A stretch of DNA of 64,000 bases, taken from positions 1-64,000 of the forward strand of contig JBGSMV010000029.1 in NCBI GenBank assembly GCA_041739995.1, read 5' to 3'. Below are positions 9,016-19,704 of this stretch, in pieces (the stretch's first letter is position 1; every line of letters begins with the position of its first letter). Source of the DNA: Bdellovibrionota bacterium. Its GTDB lineage: Bacteria; Bdellovibrionota_C; UBA2361; JBGSMV01. A program made the translations under genes and the position numbers. The notes beneath the pieces were generated by a model that saw nothing but the letters and a program-made list of their open reading frames with translations, did not search any database and was not told where the DNA came from.

Positions 9016-9974
9016 ACTTTCTCCCTTACCCGTGCGCCGAGTAATCCAGAAGGCCGGAACACCAACACTAAGATAAGAATCGCGAAGACCACGGCGTTGG
9101 TCCATTGGGTAGCAATGTACTGGTCGCTGAACGCTCGAACCACGCCGATCAGAAGACCGCCGAGGCAGGCGCCGGGCAGGTTTCCGATGCCACCAAGTAC
9201 TGCTGCGGTGAACGCATCAATACCGACCCGAAAACCCATTTGGAAGAAGACGGTATTGTAGGTGAGTGAGTACACCACGCTGGCTACTCCAGCGAGCAGT
9301 CCGCCAATGATGAAGGTCACACCGATAATCTGATCAACATCGATGCCCATAAGTCGCGCTGCGGTGGGGTTTTGGGCCACTGCCCGCATAGCCTTGCCGA
9401 GGCGGGTGAAACGAATCAGAAGAGTGAGTACGACAAGCAGAGGGATAGTGACCACAACGACTAGAAGTTCTCGCCAAGTAAGGAATATGTTGCTTTCTCC
9501 TAGTAGATTCTCAAAAGGGAGCAGTGCGGGGAAATCTTTGGGAGCGGAAGCTCCATCCCCGTAGTTAAAAACCTCCAGCGGAAGACCGCCCCAAAACAGT
9601 CCGATATTGAGAAACACGAATGAGACTCCCAAAGCAGACACCAGAGGCGCAAGGCGAGGGGCTTGCCTGAGTGGGCGATAGGCGAAGCGGTCGACTGCCC
9701 AATTTACGAAACCGCAAAAGGGTGGCACTACTGCAAACATAAGTAGGATAGCCCAGATGCTTTCGAAAGACCCTGGCTCAATTCCAGCGAGTCCGAGAGC
9801 GCCGAGAATGGTGAGTGCCAGAAAGCACCCGAGCATGAAAAGATCACCGTGGGCAAAATTTATAAGCTCGACGATGCCGAATACCATCGTGTAGCCCAGC
9901 GCAATCAGGGCGATGATCATTCCATTCGATATGCCCGTAATTAGTTGCTGTGTGATGAGTTCTAGTTCGGTCAT
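9012..9974 (-). CDS. livH: branched-chain amino acid ABC transporter permease
   Basis: ALIALGYTMVFGIVELINFAHGD, AFTAAVLGGIG, FRPSGLLG. Confidence 0.95.
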   Translation of the reverse strand: MTELELITQQLITGISNGMIIALIALGYTMVFGIVELINFAHGDLFMLGCFLALTILGALGLAGIEPGSFESIWAILLMFAVVPPFCGFVNWAVDRFAYRPLRQAPRLAPLVSALGVSFVFLNIGLFWGGLPLEVFNYGDGASAPKDFPALLPFENLLGESNIFLTWRELLVVVVTIPLLVVLTLLIRFTRLGKAMRAVAQNPTAARLMGIDVDQIIGVTFIIGGLLAGVASVVYSLTYNTVFFQMGFRVGIDAFTAAVLGGIGNLPGACLGGLLIGVVRAFSDQYIATQWTNAVVFAILILVLVFRPSGLLGARVREKV

Positions 9975-10056
9975 TGTCTCTTACTACAGTGTCTCTTACT
10001 ATTTTGCCCCGTACTACATTGGGGAAGAGGCTCTAGGGAAATCCTTGGTAGGGCCT

Positions 10057-11349
10057 TTAACTGGGGGAACCGTCATCGAGCATTCGCTCGAAGGCAAATG
10101 CACCGTTCTTGACGATGTTTCCGCTCATGGCGGTGAGAGTGGTATCGCCATTCTCATCGAAAGACCAATGTCCGAGCGCCCCATCGAAATTTTTCAATGT
10201 TAGTGCGGCGTCTATGATCGCCTGGCGATCGGCGCTCCCGGCGCGACGGATGGCTTCAAGGGCGACCAAAGCGGCCTCGTAGCCGTAGACTGCAAAGGAA
10301 GCGGGTTTTGTGCCGTAAACTTCTAAGTAACGTTCATAGAAATGTTTTCCACGGCCTTCAAGCAGTTCTGCGGAAACACCACCGAAAGTTATGAAAGTAT
10401 TATCATCTAGATTGTGAGCTCCGGCAGCTCGAATAAACGCATCTTCAAAGCATCCGTCTGGAACCATGAACTTTGCATCAACGCCGCTTGAGCGAAGGTC
10501 TTTAGCAATTTGCCCAGCATTTGTTTGAGTAGTGCCTCCAAAATAGACCAGGTCGGCCTTGCGTTGACGAATTTTCGTGGCAAGTGAGCGGTAATTTGAG
10601 GCCTTTGGGTCAATGCCTTCGAACTCGAGGACTGTCATGCCGAGGCGCTCGGCGGATTGACGAAAGATGTCTGCGATTCCTTTCCCGTACAGTTCTCGGT
10701 CATGCAGCACGTATACGCTCTTAACACCCATACTATGCGCCCATTCGGCCCCGACTTTGCCTTGAATGTCATCAGCGGGAACCACGCGGAAGAAGTTACG
10801 TTTCCCGCTCGGGCGGTACACCATTGGCTCGTTTGCTTCTCCGACATTTGGTTTGGTGAGGCCGGGCCAAGTTACGGAAGGACTTACCTGTAGAAGTCCC
10901 GCGGCATTCGTTTTGGGGAGTGAGATCTTCGCGGCACCGGAATTATAGGGTCCGATGTACGCAACTACCTTAGGATCCTTTACCGCGCGGTCAGCGTTTG
11001 CGGCCTCTAGGGCAGGATCCCAGGCACCGCGCTCGGGGGAGGCATCGTCCCAGTCTTCATATTCGACCACTATTTTTGGGGTTGATGTCAGACGCGAGTG
11101 ATCGTCGATAGCAAGTTTGATTCCGTTTACGATTGAAGTTGATTGGGTGTTGGAGCTTCCGGTACGCGGCAGGCTTGAGACGATCTTCACGGATATGGTC
11201 TCTGTGTCTGCCCAAGCTCTTGAGGCGCTAGTCGAGGCGAGAATTAGGGCGAAGAGGCCGATCCCTAACACGCTTCCAAAACCTTTCCTGGTGTGTGGTG
11301 ATTTCGAACCAGTTCGATTAGGGCAGAAACTTGCAGCTACATCTTGCAT
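10057..11349 (-). CDS. livK: branched-chain amino acid ABC transporter substrate-binding protein
   Basis: Signal-like hydrophobic segment; IGPYNSG, FFRVVPADD, YGKGIA and YGYEAA motifs; RBS AGGAG upstream. Confidence 0.9.
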   Translation of the reverse strand: MQDVAASFCPNRTGSKSPHTRKGFGSVLGIGLFALILASTSASRAWADTETISVKIVSSLPRTGSSNTQSTSIVNGIKLAIDDHSRLTSTPKIVVEYEDWDDASPERGAWDPALEAANADRAVKDPKVVAYIGPYNSGAAKISLPKTNAAGLLQVSPSVTWPGLTKPNVGEANEPMVYRPSGKRNFFRVVPADDIQGKVGAEWAHSMGVKSVYVLHDRELYGKGIADIFRQSAERLGMTVLEFEGIDPKASNYRSLATKIRQRKADLVYFGGTTQTNAGQIAKDLRSSGVDAKFMVPDGCFEDAFIRAAGAHNLDDNTFITFGGVSAELLEGRGKHFYERYLEVYGTKPASFAVYGYEAALVALEAIRRAGSADRQAIIDAALTLKNFDGALGHWSFDENGDTTLTAMSGNIVKNGAFAFERMLDDGSPS

Positions 11350-11825
11350 GGTGAACTCCTAATTGATTTAGGGCCTTATATCAGGGCTCCGCCTCGCTTA
11401 CCACCCTTCCTCCCTCCGTCCCGACTTCCACCCGCGAAGTTGTTCCCGAGTTCCCTTGGCAGAATCGGACGGGGCAACCCTGCCCGTCCCTCTGCCTTGT
11501 CCAGCCTCTTTCGGTTGCCCCTGTCCCTCTTCGACCCCAACAAAGGAAGGAGCCGGGCACGAAGAAAAATACTTGGAAGAGAGAGCGATACTCCAGTGGC
11601 CTTCGAGGTGGGGGTAGCCGGGGGCGAAGCGGACTACGCGTTACTAGCAGAGAGACGCCATTAAGGGGGTAAATGCCCGAGCAACTCCATCATCGGATGA
11701 ATTTACTTGTTGAACTTGACGAGAGTGATGGTGCGGAGTCCCTCGAAATATTTTGTTCGAGTTGTAGTCGTACATGGCTGTTGGGATTGGTTCGAACATC
11801 GCGTCACTCGTGACGCAACGGCGCC

Positions 11826-12797
11826 TTGGCGAACGCCTCTGTCATTCTACAGCTTGGGGTGGGAGATTTTACTGGAGATAGTCTGCCAGACATTATAGCG
11901 AGAAGAAGTGGAAGTACGAATCTGTTAATGTTTGACAACCTTGGCGGTGCGCTTGGAGCCCCGAACACCACAGCCATTACTTCATTCGGAGCGTTTACCA
12001 CCATGGGAAACCAGGTGATCGCCATCGATATCGGACAGAATTCCTTCTCGGTTTGGGATTCATTTGGCGCCGGCTACGGCGGATTTGGCGATGTTGGTAC
12101 TTACTTCTCTGGAGGATCAGTTTACCAGGAAATTGTGGCAGGCGACTTCAACAATGACGGAGTAATCGATATTGCCCTTTTTTCGGGAGGGCAAATGGAA
12201 ATATATCACCGCGACGGATCGGGAGGGGACTTTGAGTTCTCTGATGCCCATAATAGCCGGTGGGGAAGCCAACCATCCATGTTGATGATCGGAGACCTCA
12301 AAAATGACGGGTACGACGATGTTTTCAACTATGATCAGGGAAACTTGCAAGCTGCTTACTATTTTAGTTTGTTGGATACTACCGAAACTACGCAAAACGC
12401 AGTCACCCTTGGCACCTTCAGCCTTACAACCGCCGAGCAAGCTTTATTGGCCTTTGCGACTCTGGATGCGGCGACGGACAGCATCTCCAAGACACGCTCT
12501 GGTATGGGTGCGTCAATCGCTCGTATTGGCGTAGCTCTCGGTGCACTTGCGGCAACAAAGGAGAACTACGAGGCGGCAGCTTCCCGTATTCGGGACGTGG
12601 ATGTCGCTCGTGAGTCCGCAGATTTCGTCAGACTAACTTTCTTGCAGCAGTCAGGAGTTGCAATATTGGCACAAGCTAACCTGGCCCCGAGACTTGCACT
12701 GGATCTTACTCAACGCTCTGTAACTCTCTCTGCCAATGAGATTCTCATAACGTGGGTACGGATAATACTTCAGTTTAATCGCTTCCCGGGGGCGTAA
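11826..12797 (+). pseudogene. fliC: flagellin C-terminal half with FG-GAP-like repeats, N-terminal domain missing
   Basis: The flagellin C-terminus is present (ENYEAAASRIRDVDVARESA...LQQSGVAILAQAN), as are repeats GDFTGDSLPDI, GDFNNDGVIDI and GDLKNDGYDDV. An in-frame TGA sits at 11811-13 upstream, and there is an atypical tail after ALDL. Confidence 0.75.
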
Positions 12798-12854
12798 TGG
12801 GGACTGCGGAGTGCACGAGCACACGAAGTCTCAAAGCCTGTGCCTTGGTTGCCG

Positions 12855-14027
12855 CTATGCGCGGTTGTGGGTCGGAAGCTCCCGATAGTAACTCGCGAGC
12901 AAAGCTATGGATTTGCCGACAGTGAAATGTTCAGCGATGCGCTGTTTGCCAGAACGACCGAGGCTCCGGCGGAGCTCAGAGTTGACAATGAGAGTTGCTA
13001 AAGAGGAGGCAAGCTCTCTGGCGTCGTCAGGCTCGACAAGCAATCCATCGATGCCATGGCGCACTACTTCAGGAATGCCGCCTACCGACGAGCCTACCAC
13101 CGCAACGCTTCCCGACATTGCCTCAATGAGCGCCTTCGGCAGCCCCTCGCGGGAACGCGAGGGAATCGCAAAAATGTCACAGGCGTGCATGAGCGCTGTC
13201 GCGTCACTGCGATAGCCCAGCAGGTGCACGAACGGTTTTAATATTGGATTGTCTGCCAACGAGTGGATTCGAGGGTCTCTTACTTCTCCGACAAGAAGGT
13301 AATGTACGCTGCCATCAGTGGGAAGTAAGCTGGCTGCCTTAAGCAGCACGTCAACGCCCTTGACCGGACGCATATTTGCGTTGCTTCCTATTACCACAGC
13401 AGTGTCGGGGATTCCGAATACTCGAAGCGCTTCGCGAGGATTCGCAACGCGAGACACAGGAGGATCATACCAGTCTAGTTCATGTCCTTTGTGGACGGTA
13501 AAAAGCTTCTTTTGAGAGAATCCAAATTTGATCAACGAGAGACGTACCGCATCAGAGACGCACATGATTCCAGATAGCGTCGGATTTAGGTAGGTTACCC
13601 AGTCCGCAGGATTCCAACGACTAAGATGCCCCGCGGTACCTCTGTAGCCGATTCGATGAAGCGGGTCTTTCGGTCGTGCTATCAATGCTGCCAGGGTTGC
13701 CGCCGACAACGTGCGTGCAGTAAAGGCATGTACGATGTGGGGCTCGAAATCTCGGAGTGTCGAAGCAACACAGCTAATCGCGCGGCGGTCGAAGCGCCCC
13801 GTAATAGACAGTGGCTTGTGTTGGACAACTTGCGCATCCAGCGCTTGAAGGGCTGCGGAATTCGGAGCGCCAAGAATCAGACAGGAGAGGTCTTTAGTGG
13901 CTGCAATGCCGCTCATCAGAGCTGCTTCAGGGCGGTCGCTTTGCTCGGTAAGAAATAGAATTCTTAAATCACTCACTTTCCTCCAAGAGCGCTCCTCGGA
14001 AGGAGTTGCAAATCCGGTGTTGCGCAT
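12855..14027 (-). CDS. glycosyltransferase family 4 (GT-B)
   Basis: VKGVDVLL, EGLPKALIEAM and VGGIPEVV motifs. Confidence 0.92.
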   Translation of the reverse strand: MRNTGFATPSEERSWRKVSDLRILFLTEQSDRPEAALMSGIAATKDLSCLILGAPNSAALQALDAQVVQHKPLSITGRFDRRAISCVASTLRDFEPHIVHAFTARTLSAATLAALIARPKDPLHRIGYRGTAGHLSRWNPADWVTYLNPTLSGIMCVSDAVRLSLIKFGFSQKKLFTVHKGHELDWYDPPVSRVANPREALRVFGIPDTAVVIGSNANMRPVKGVDVLLKAASLLPTDGSVHYLLVGEVRDPRIHSLADNPILKPFVHLLGYRSDATALMHACDIFAIPSRSREGLPKALIEAMSGSVAVVGSSVGGIPEVVRHGIDGLLVEPDDARELASSLATLIVNSELRRSLGRSGKQRIAEHFTVGKSIALLASYYRELPTHNRA

Positions 14028-14052
14028 GTGTCAAAAGGGTCTCGTCTGCTGC

Positions 14053-17000
14053 TTAGCGATTCGCCTTTCGAAGCGCCACGGTCACGTCGAAGCCCTGATC
14101 GTCTCGCGTGCTGAGTTCGAGTTTTACTGAGCCGAGAGGGCTTGCGATCGGCGTGTCGGCGATGGTTCCCAGGGTCTCCGCTTCGATTAGTCCACGACTC
14201 TTGGCGAAAACATCGGCAGCAGGTGCGAATTGGGTCGAAACGCTGAGGTCGATTCTGTCGGTAACTTCTAGTCCAGACTCCTTGCGTAAGACCTGAGCCT
14301 GCCGAAGCACGTCCCTGACCCAACCTTCTTGCTCAAGCTCTTTGGTGAGACTTGTATCAAGCGCCACAAAAACGCCGCGCTCTTCGACCGAAAGAGTGTT
14401 GGGTTTCGACCGATGTCGAATCGCCATGATTTCTGCCGGAATTTCACGCTCAAAGCCCTCAATCTTAAAGCTCTGTCCGCCTTTCACCAAGGGTAATAGA
14501 CGAGAGGTCTCTTCGGGGGTCATGGCATTGACCAGAGCGACGACCTTGCTTCCGTCCGCTCTTAACACCGGACCCGATTTCTTCAGATCTAACTCGAGAA
14601 ACTCCGAAAATAACTCGTCCTTGCTCTTGAGAAACAACAAGGCCTTTACGTTGATCTCGCCCAACACCATGGCCTCCATGTTTCGTAGGGCAGCCGCATA
14701 GTCATCGCTCACGAAAACCGAAAGAGAGGCGAGCGGCTGCCGAACCTTAATCTTGCTCTCAGAACGCAATCGTAACGCGAGATTTAAGACATGGCGCACC
14801 TTGGCAACCTCTTCTACTAGAGCTGGCTTTGCCCATGCGCTCGGTAGCTCTGGCCACAATTGTAGGTGGACAGATTCTTGCTCTGTGCTATCGAAGCGGC
14901 GAATTGCGTTTTGCCAAATCTTCTCTGAAAGGAATGGAATGACGGGCGACATGATGATGGAGATTGCACGCAAAGTCTGAAACAGAACCGCATAGCCGCA
15001 CTGTTTATCGTCCGCTATTTCAGACTTCCAAAAACGTCGACGGTTTGAGCGAATATACCAGTTCGATACGCCCTCGGTGAAATCCTCGAATGCACGAATT
15101 AACGCTGGCGTATTCGATTGCTCGTAGGCCTTTTTTGCAACCTGTTCAAACTCGTGGAGACTGGCGAGAAGCCATCTGTCGCTAGCCGATAGCGTCTCCA
15201 CCGAAATATCCGATCCACACTTCGTAGGATTGTCGATCTCAGCATACGTCATGAAAAAACTAAAGACGTTCCATAAAGAGATAATCTGTCGACGGGTGTC
15301 GTCTCCTTGGGCATACCCAAAGCGCAAGTCGCTTGTGGGTGGCTGACTCGCAAAGTAATAGCGCATTGTATCGACGCCCATTTTCTCAGCGGCTTCATCA
15401 AAGCGAATCATGTACCCAGTTTTCGAGAACTTGGTACCGTCTTCGGCGAGTACGCGCTCGTAGGTGAGTACGTGCTTGTATGGCGCTTTGCCGCTCAGGG
15501 TCACGCCCATGAAGAGCATCGAATAGAACCATAGTCGAACCTGCTCGCTCATTTCGCAGATCCAATCGGCTGATTCCCAGGTTTGATTCGCGTCGCGTGC
15601 GTAACAACCGCTTGTTGAGTACGGCACTATCCCGGCATCCAGCCAGCAGTCGCCTACCTCAGGCACTCGTGATGCGGTTCCCTTGCAGGAAGGACAAGAA
15701 ATCTTGACTGAATCTATCCAAGGGCGATGCAGCTCTGGAACCTTGTCGATATCGGTCCCGCCCAAAGACTTAAGCTCTGCCTTTGATCCCACTACTGTTA
15801 CTGAGTCGCAGGAATCGCAAAGATAAAAGGGCAGCGGAAGTCCCCAGAAGCGTTTGCGGGAAATGCACCAGTCGCCCATGTTGCGAAGCCAGTCTTCCAT
15901 GCGCTTGCCGACGTGCTCGGGTTGCCATCGCACGGTTTTGGATGCCTCTAGTAACTTCGGCCTGATTTCCTCAGAAGAAATGTACCATTCACCCACTAAT
16001 CGAAAGATCAGCTCGTCCTTGCAACGCCAACACACCGGATAGTTGTGTTTGTGCATGTACTTGCTGTACAGGCGCCCATTTTTTTCAAGGTAAGTGGCGA
16101 TATCTTGAGCAACCGTTTTTGCATTCTTGCCTTCAAGGAAGCCACAGTCCTTTCCGTAGTCACCCTTTTCATCGACGGGGACTAGGCGCTCAATCTTAAC
16201 GGTCTTAGAAAGTTCGAAATCTTCACGCCCACATCCCGGGGCAATGTGGACCACGCCCGTACCTTCTTTCGGGTCGACGTCTTTCCACATCACCACGCGA
16301 TGTTCGAAACCTTGCTGCAGTGGAATTTCAGGAACGATCGGTTCGTAGGCCAGGCCGTCGAGCTCTGCACCCTTCATGGTTTTAAGTACCTTAGGCTTAC
16401 GATTCTTCCAGCCGCCCTTAATCCATGTGTCGAACACCTGGGTGGAGAGAATCAGCGGTAGTTCTTCACCTTCAATTTGAACTAGCGAATAGTCGAGCTC
16501 GGGATTGACGGCCAGTGCGGCATTGGCAGGAAGCGTCCATGGAGTAGTGGTCCACACAAGTATGCGTGCATTCAGCGCAGGCAGTAGCGGTTTGATGTAG
16601 ACCGCAAGGTGTTCGAGCTCCTTATATGAACCCGACATCTCATGTTCAGACAAGCTTGTGCCGCAACGCGTGCACCACGGCATTGGGAGGTAAGAACGGT
16701 AGAGCCAGCCGTTTTCATGGCATGTTTTAAGAAACTTCCAAATGCCTTCAATGTTATTGTCGGTGTGGGTGTAATACGAATTTTCCCAATCCATCCACTG
16801 ACCAAGGCGAATAGACTGCTGAGTTTGTATCGAAGAAAACTTTTTGATGCGCTGCTTGCAAGCTTCGCTGAATTTATCCAGCCCAAAAGCCTCGATGTCC
16901 GGCTTTCCTTTGAAGCCCAGTTCTTTTTCAACTTCAACTTCAACCCAGAGTCCTTGACAGTCAAAGCCGTTTTGATAGTGGCAATCAAATCCTTGAAGAT

Positions 17001-17286
17001 TTTTGTAGCGAATGAAGATATCTTTTAAAGTTCGACCCCAGGCATGGTGAACTCCCATCGGATTGTTTGCGGTGATGGGCCCGTCGATGAACCTAAACAA
17101 CGGCTTGCCGCGGAGTTGCTCTCGCCGCTTGTTGAACGTGTCGTTGGTTTTCCAGAGCTCGAGCATCTCATGTTCGAGCTTTACCAACTGTGCCAAAGTG
17201 GAGGCGTTGCCAGTCGCAACCTCAGCCGCAACGTCTATTTGACTTACCGCTTCACTTTTCTGCCCGTTCGCTTCTGATGAAGTCAT
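14053..17286 (-). CDS. ileS: isoleucine--tRNA ligase, type 2
   Basis: DGPITAN.MGVHH, VWTTTPWTLPAN, GTGVVHIAP, DWCISRKRFWG, KFSKT, and a long IleRS2-type C-terminus. Confidence 0.97.
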   Translation of the reverse strand: MTSSEANGQKSEAVSQIDVAAEVATGNASTLAQLVKLEHEMLELWKTNDTFNKRREQLRGKPLFRFIDGPITANNPMGVHHAWGRTLKDIFIRYKNLQGFDCHYQNGFDCQGLWVEVEVEKELGFKGKPDIEAFGLDKFSEACKQRIKKFSSIQTQQSIRLGQWMDWENSYYTHTDNNIEGIWKFLKTCHENGWLYRSYLPMPWCTRCGTSLSEHEMSGSYKELEHLAVYIKPLLPALNARILVWTTTPWTLPANAALAVNPELDYSLVQIEGEELPLILSTQVFDTWIKGGWKNRKPKVLKTMKGAELDGLAYEPIVPEIPLQQGFEHRVVMWKDVDPKEGTGVVHIAPGCGREDFELSKTVKIERLVPVDEKGDYGKDCGFLEGKNAKTVAQDIATYLEKNGRLYSKYMHKHNYPVCWRCKDELIFRLVGEWYISSEEIRPKLLEASKTVRWQPEHVGKRMEDWLRNMGDWCISRKRFWGLPLPFYLCDSCDSVTVVGSKAELKSLGGTDIDKVPELHRPWIDSVKISCPSCKGTASRVPEVGDCWLDAGIVPYSTSGCYARDANQTWESADWICEMSEQVRLWFYSMLFMGVTLSGKAPYKHVLTYERVLAEDGTKFSKTGYMIRFDEAAEKMGVDTMRYYFASQPPTSDLRFGYAQGDDTRRQIISLWNVFSFFMTYAEIDNPTKCGSDISVETLSASDRWLLASLHEFEQVAKKAYEQSNTPALIRAFEDFTEGVSNWYIRSNRRRFWKSEIADDKQCGYAVLFQTLRAISIIMSPVIPFLSEKIWQNAIRRFDSTEQESVHLQLWPELPSAWAKPALVEEVAKVRHVLNLALRLRSESKIKVRQPLASLSVFVSDDYAAALRNMEAMVLGEINVKALLFLKSKDELFSEFLELDLKKSGPVLRADGSKVVALVNAMTPEETSRLLPLVKGGQSFKIEGFEREIPAEIMAIRHRSKPNTLSVEERGVFVALDTSLTKELEQEGWVRDVLRQAQVLRKESGLEVTDRIDLSVSTQFAPAADVFAKSRGLIEAETLGTIADTPIASPLGSVKLELSTRDDQGFDVTVALRKANR

Positions 17287-17393
17287 ACTTTTGAACTCAA
17301 AATCGGATGCACGCCGTGTAGATTCACGTATAGATTTTACTGAGGAATTGTAGCCTGCTTCAGATCTACAGTAAAGCCAAGCGGTTAGAGGGC

Positions 17394-18755
17394 TTACTCA
17401 GATTTCCCAGAGTCCATTAGCGCGCGTGCAATCTGACCTCGCTGCAGATCGGTTTCATTCTGATGTACCCGATCCGCAGGTTCTTGAGTGAGGAATGCCT
17501 TGAGATTCGCCTCGATCTTTAGAAGATGGGCGAGTTCGGGACTAGGAGTGCCGCCGAAGAGCAGCATGTCGCGCTCGCGCCAAAGTTTAGCCAGTCCCTG
17601 GGTTATTCTCTGGCTATCACCACGCCCCTCTTCAGTTTGAAGTTTCGGTGCCAATCGAGAGAGCGAGATGGTTGGATCGATCGCCGGGAAAATGCCCTGT
17701 TTGGACATGCGCGTTGACATGCGCAGGTGACCGTCAAGTAGACTGATGAGTTCTTCTCCTAGCGCGTCGGGCTCTCCCTCTTCTGTGGTCAGTACGGTGT
17801 ACATGGCCGTGATTGATCCTCGGTCGCTGTTTCCGGCCCTCTCAAGAAGCCGAGGAAGTTCGGTAAAGACCGAAGGAGTGTATCCCTGGCGTACCGGGAG
17901 CTCACCGAGGCATAGCGAGACTTCGCGAATAGCGCGAGCGACGCGCGTCAGGGAATCGACAAGAAGCAGCACATTCTTGCCTTGAGCTCGAAGATCTTCA
18001 GCAATCGCTGTGGCAGTAGATGCGGCGAGCATGCGTCGAGCAGGGGGCTCATCGCTGGTAGCGTACACGACTATCGATTTTTTTTGCCCTTCTGGTCCGA
18101 GTGCCTCGTCGAGGAATTCACGGACTTCTCTTCCTCGTTCGCCAACCAGCGCGACTACCACTGCATCACATTCAGCGTTTCTAGAAATGCTTCCAAGCAG
18201 TGTTGATTTCCCGACTCCCGCTGAAGCGAACAGGCCTACGCGCTGACCCTTTCCCAAAGGAGACAGTCCATCAATAGTCCTAATTCCTGTACAGAATCTT
18301 TCGACGATTGGTTTTCTCATCAACGGAGGTGGGGGTTGTCGATGGACATGGTCTACGCCAAATTGAGCTAAGTTTTCAGGAGGGCGAGGTGCTCCTGAAT
18401 CCCGATGTTCTGCGTGAGGGAAAAGGCGACGTCCAAGCGCATCTAAGACGCTTCCAAGAGCGATTGATTGACTCAAGGCATTCTCCTGGCCTGATTCAAT
18501 GATAGCCCCAGGTGAGATCCCCTCCGGGTGTTCAAGAGGCAGCAACTGAACGCAAGCCGCATCAAAGCCCACCACCAGAGCGGGGAGTGGAGGAAGTGAG
18601 CGTCGGTGAATGAAAAGGCGCGATCCCATAGTGACCGATGGCAGCGTGGCGCAAAGAATTGAGCCTCTAACGCTTATCAGAGTTCCGCGAATGGATAGGG
18701 AGGAGGAGTGCCGATCGTTGATTGAATTTATCAGATTCTGAGGAAGTAACGTCAC
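17394..18755 (-). CDS. fliI: flagellar/T3SS export ATPase FliI/SctN family
   Basis: GQRVGLFASAGVGKS, VGERGREVREF, DSLTRVARA, LLERAG, LDGH. Confidence 0.9.
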   Translation of the reverse strand: MTLLPQNLINSINDRHSSSLSIRGTLISVRGSILCATLPSVTMGSRLFIHRRSLPPLPALVVGFDAACVQLLPLEHPEGISPGAIIESGQENALSQSIALGSVLDALGRRLFPHAEHRDSGAPRPPENLAQFGVDHVHRQPPPPLMRKPIVERFCTGIRTIDGLSPLGKGQRVGLFASAGVGKSTLLGSISRNAECDAVVVALVGERGREVREFLDEALGPEGQKKSIVVYATSDEPPARRMLAASTATAIAEDLRAQGKNVLLLVDSLTRVARAIREVSLCLGELPVRQGYTPSVFTELPRLLERAGNSDRGSITAMYTVLTTEEGEPDALGEELISLLDGHLRMSTRMSKQGIFPAIDPTISLSRLAPKLQTEEGRGDSQRITQGLAKLWRERDMLLFGGTPSPELAHLLKIEANLKAFLTQEPADRVHQNETDLQRGQIARALMDSGKSE

Positions 18756-18756
18756 T

Positions 18757-19518
18757 TTACTGACCTCCTTCCATTTGAAGGGTGTGCGGGCTCCTAGTAG
18801 TCAACGATGCTCGCAAGGATGCGCTTAGACACTCGAAAGCTTTCACCCAACTGAGGTGAATTTCTCCCTGAGAGGTGCTGATTGTGGCGCATCCCGGTTC
18901 CAGAGAAGAATTCTCGATTAGCGGCAGGTCGTGGGTGTTTGGGACCCTGCGCGTGTCGGTGGTTGAGAGCTCGATTGCGATCGGGTTCACCGTCAACTCA
19001 GCAAGCGTTGATTCGAGTTTTGAGAGGAGTGCCACGCTCGAATGAGAAATCTCGTGCTTCAGAATATGTTGAGAGATTCCGAGGCTCAGATCTAGTAGTT
19101 CCTTCTGGGCCATGTGAAGTGCGTCAGTCACCCGATCTTCATAGGCGACGCGAAGCTGCTCACGAATAATGGCAGTCTGATCTTGAACTTTATCTCTCAT
19201 GCGGGTGCGCAGAGTAGCGCGCGCCCGTCGGACCCTGGCTGCCAGTCTTGAACGCTGGTTTGCATAGTTTTTTTCGTATCGAACTTGGAGGGCCCTTAGT
19301 GCACTGAGCGTGACCGGGACCTGAGAGGCCAAGACGTCCTGGGCTGGACCAAGTGAGGCCCTTACAACCACAGCGTGTGTAGCTTCGGCGAGTGGGGGAC
19401 GGGCTCCTCGAGGGTTGGAAGAAGTCTTATTCACAATGGGCCTATTCGGCGGTTTCTCATAAAAGTTTCCTCTCGGCTCCTCGGGAAGGGAGCGCTTTTT
19501 TGGCACTTCGGTCTCCAT
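18757..19518 (-). CDS. fliH: FliH/SctL-like export apparatus stator protein
   Basis: Immediately upstream of fliI; coiled-coil region followed by the FliH-like C-terminus ENSSLEPGCATISTSQGEI. Confidence 0.6.
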   Translation of the reverse strand: METEVPKKRSLPEEPRGNFYEKPPNRPIVNKTSSNPRGARPPLAEATHAVVVRASLGPAQDVLASQVPVTLSALRALQVRYEKNYANQRSRLAARVRRARATLRTRMRDKVQDQTAIIREQLRVAYEDRVTDALHMAQKELLDLSLGISQHILKHEISHSSVALLSKLESTLAELTVNPIAIELSTTDTRRVPNTHDLPLIENSSLEPGCATISTSQGEIHLSWVKAFECLSASLRASLTTRSPHTLQMEGGQ

Positions 19519-19704
19519 TTGAGGGCCATGTAGGGTCTTCGCTTGTATCCTGGCGAACCTAACTACACGGAATGTCAGGAGCTGATAGCTCCCTTGTTCT
19601 CCGTCGGCCCTCCAGCCCGCTTGGCACTGTGCTTGCTTTGTCTATTGGGAATGAGAGGTGACGTGTCGAAACGTTGACACCTCTCTTTTAGCGTCAATAA
19701 GCCC

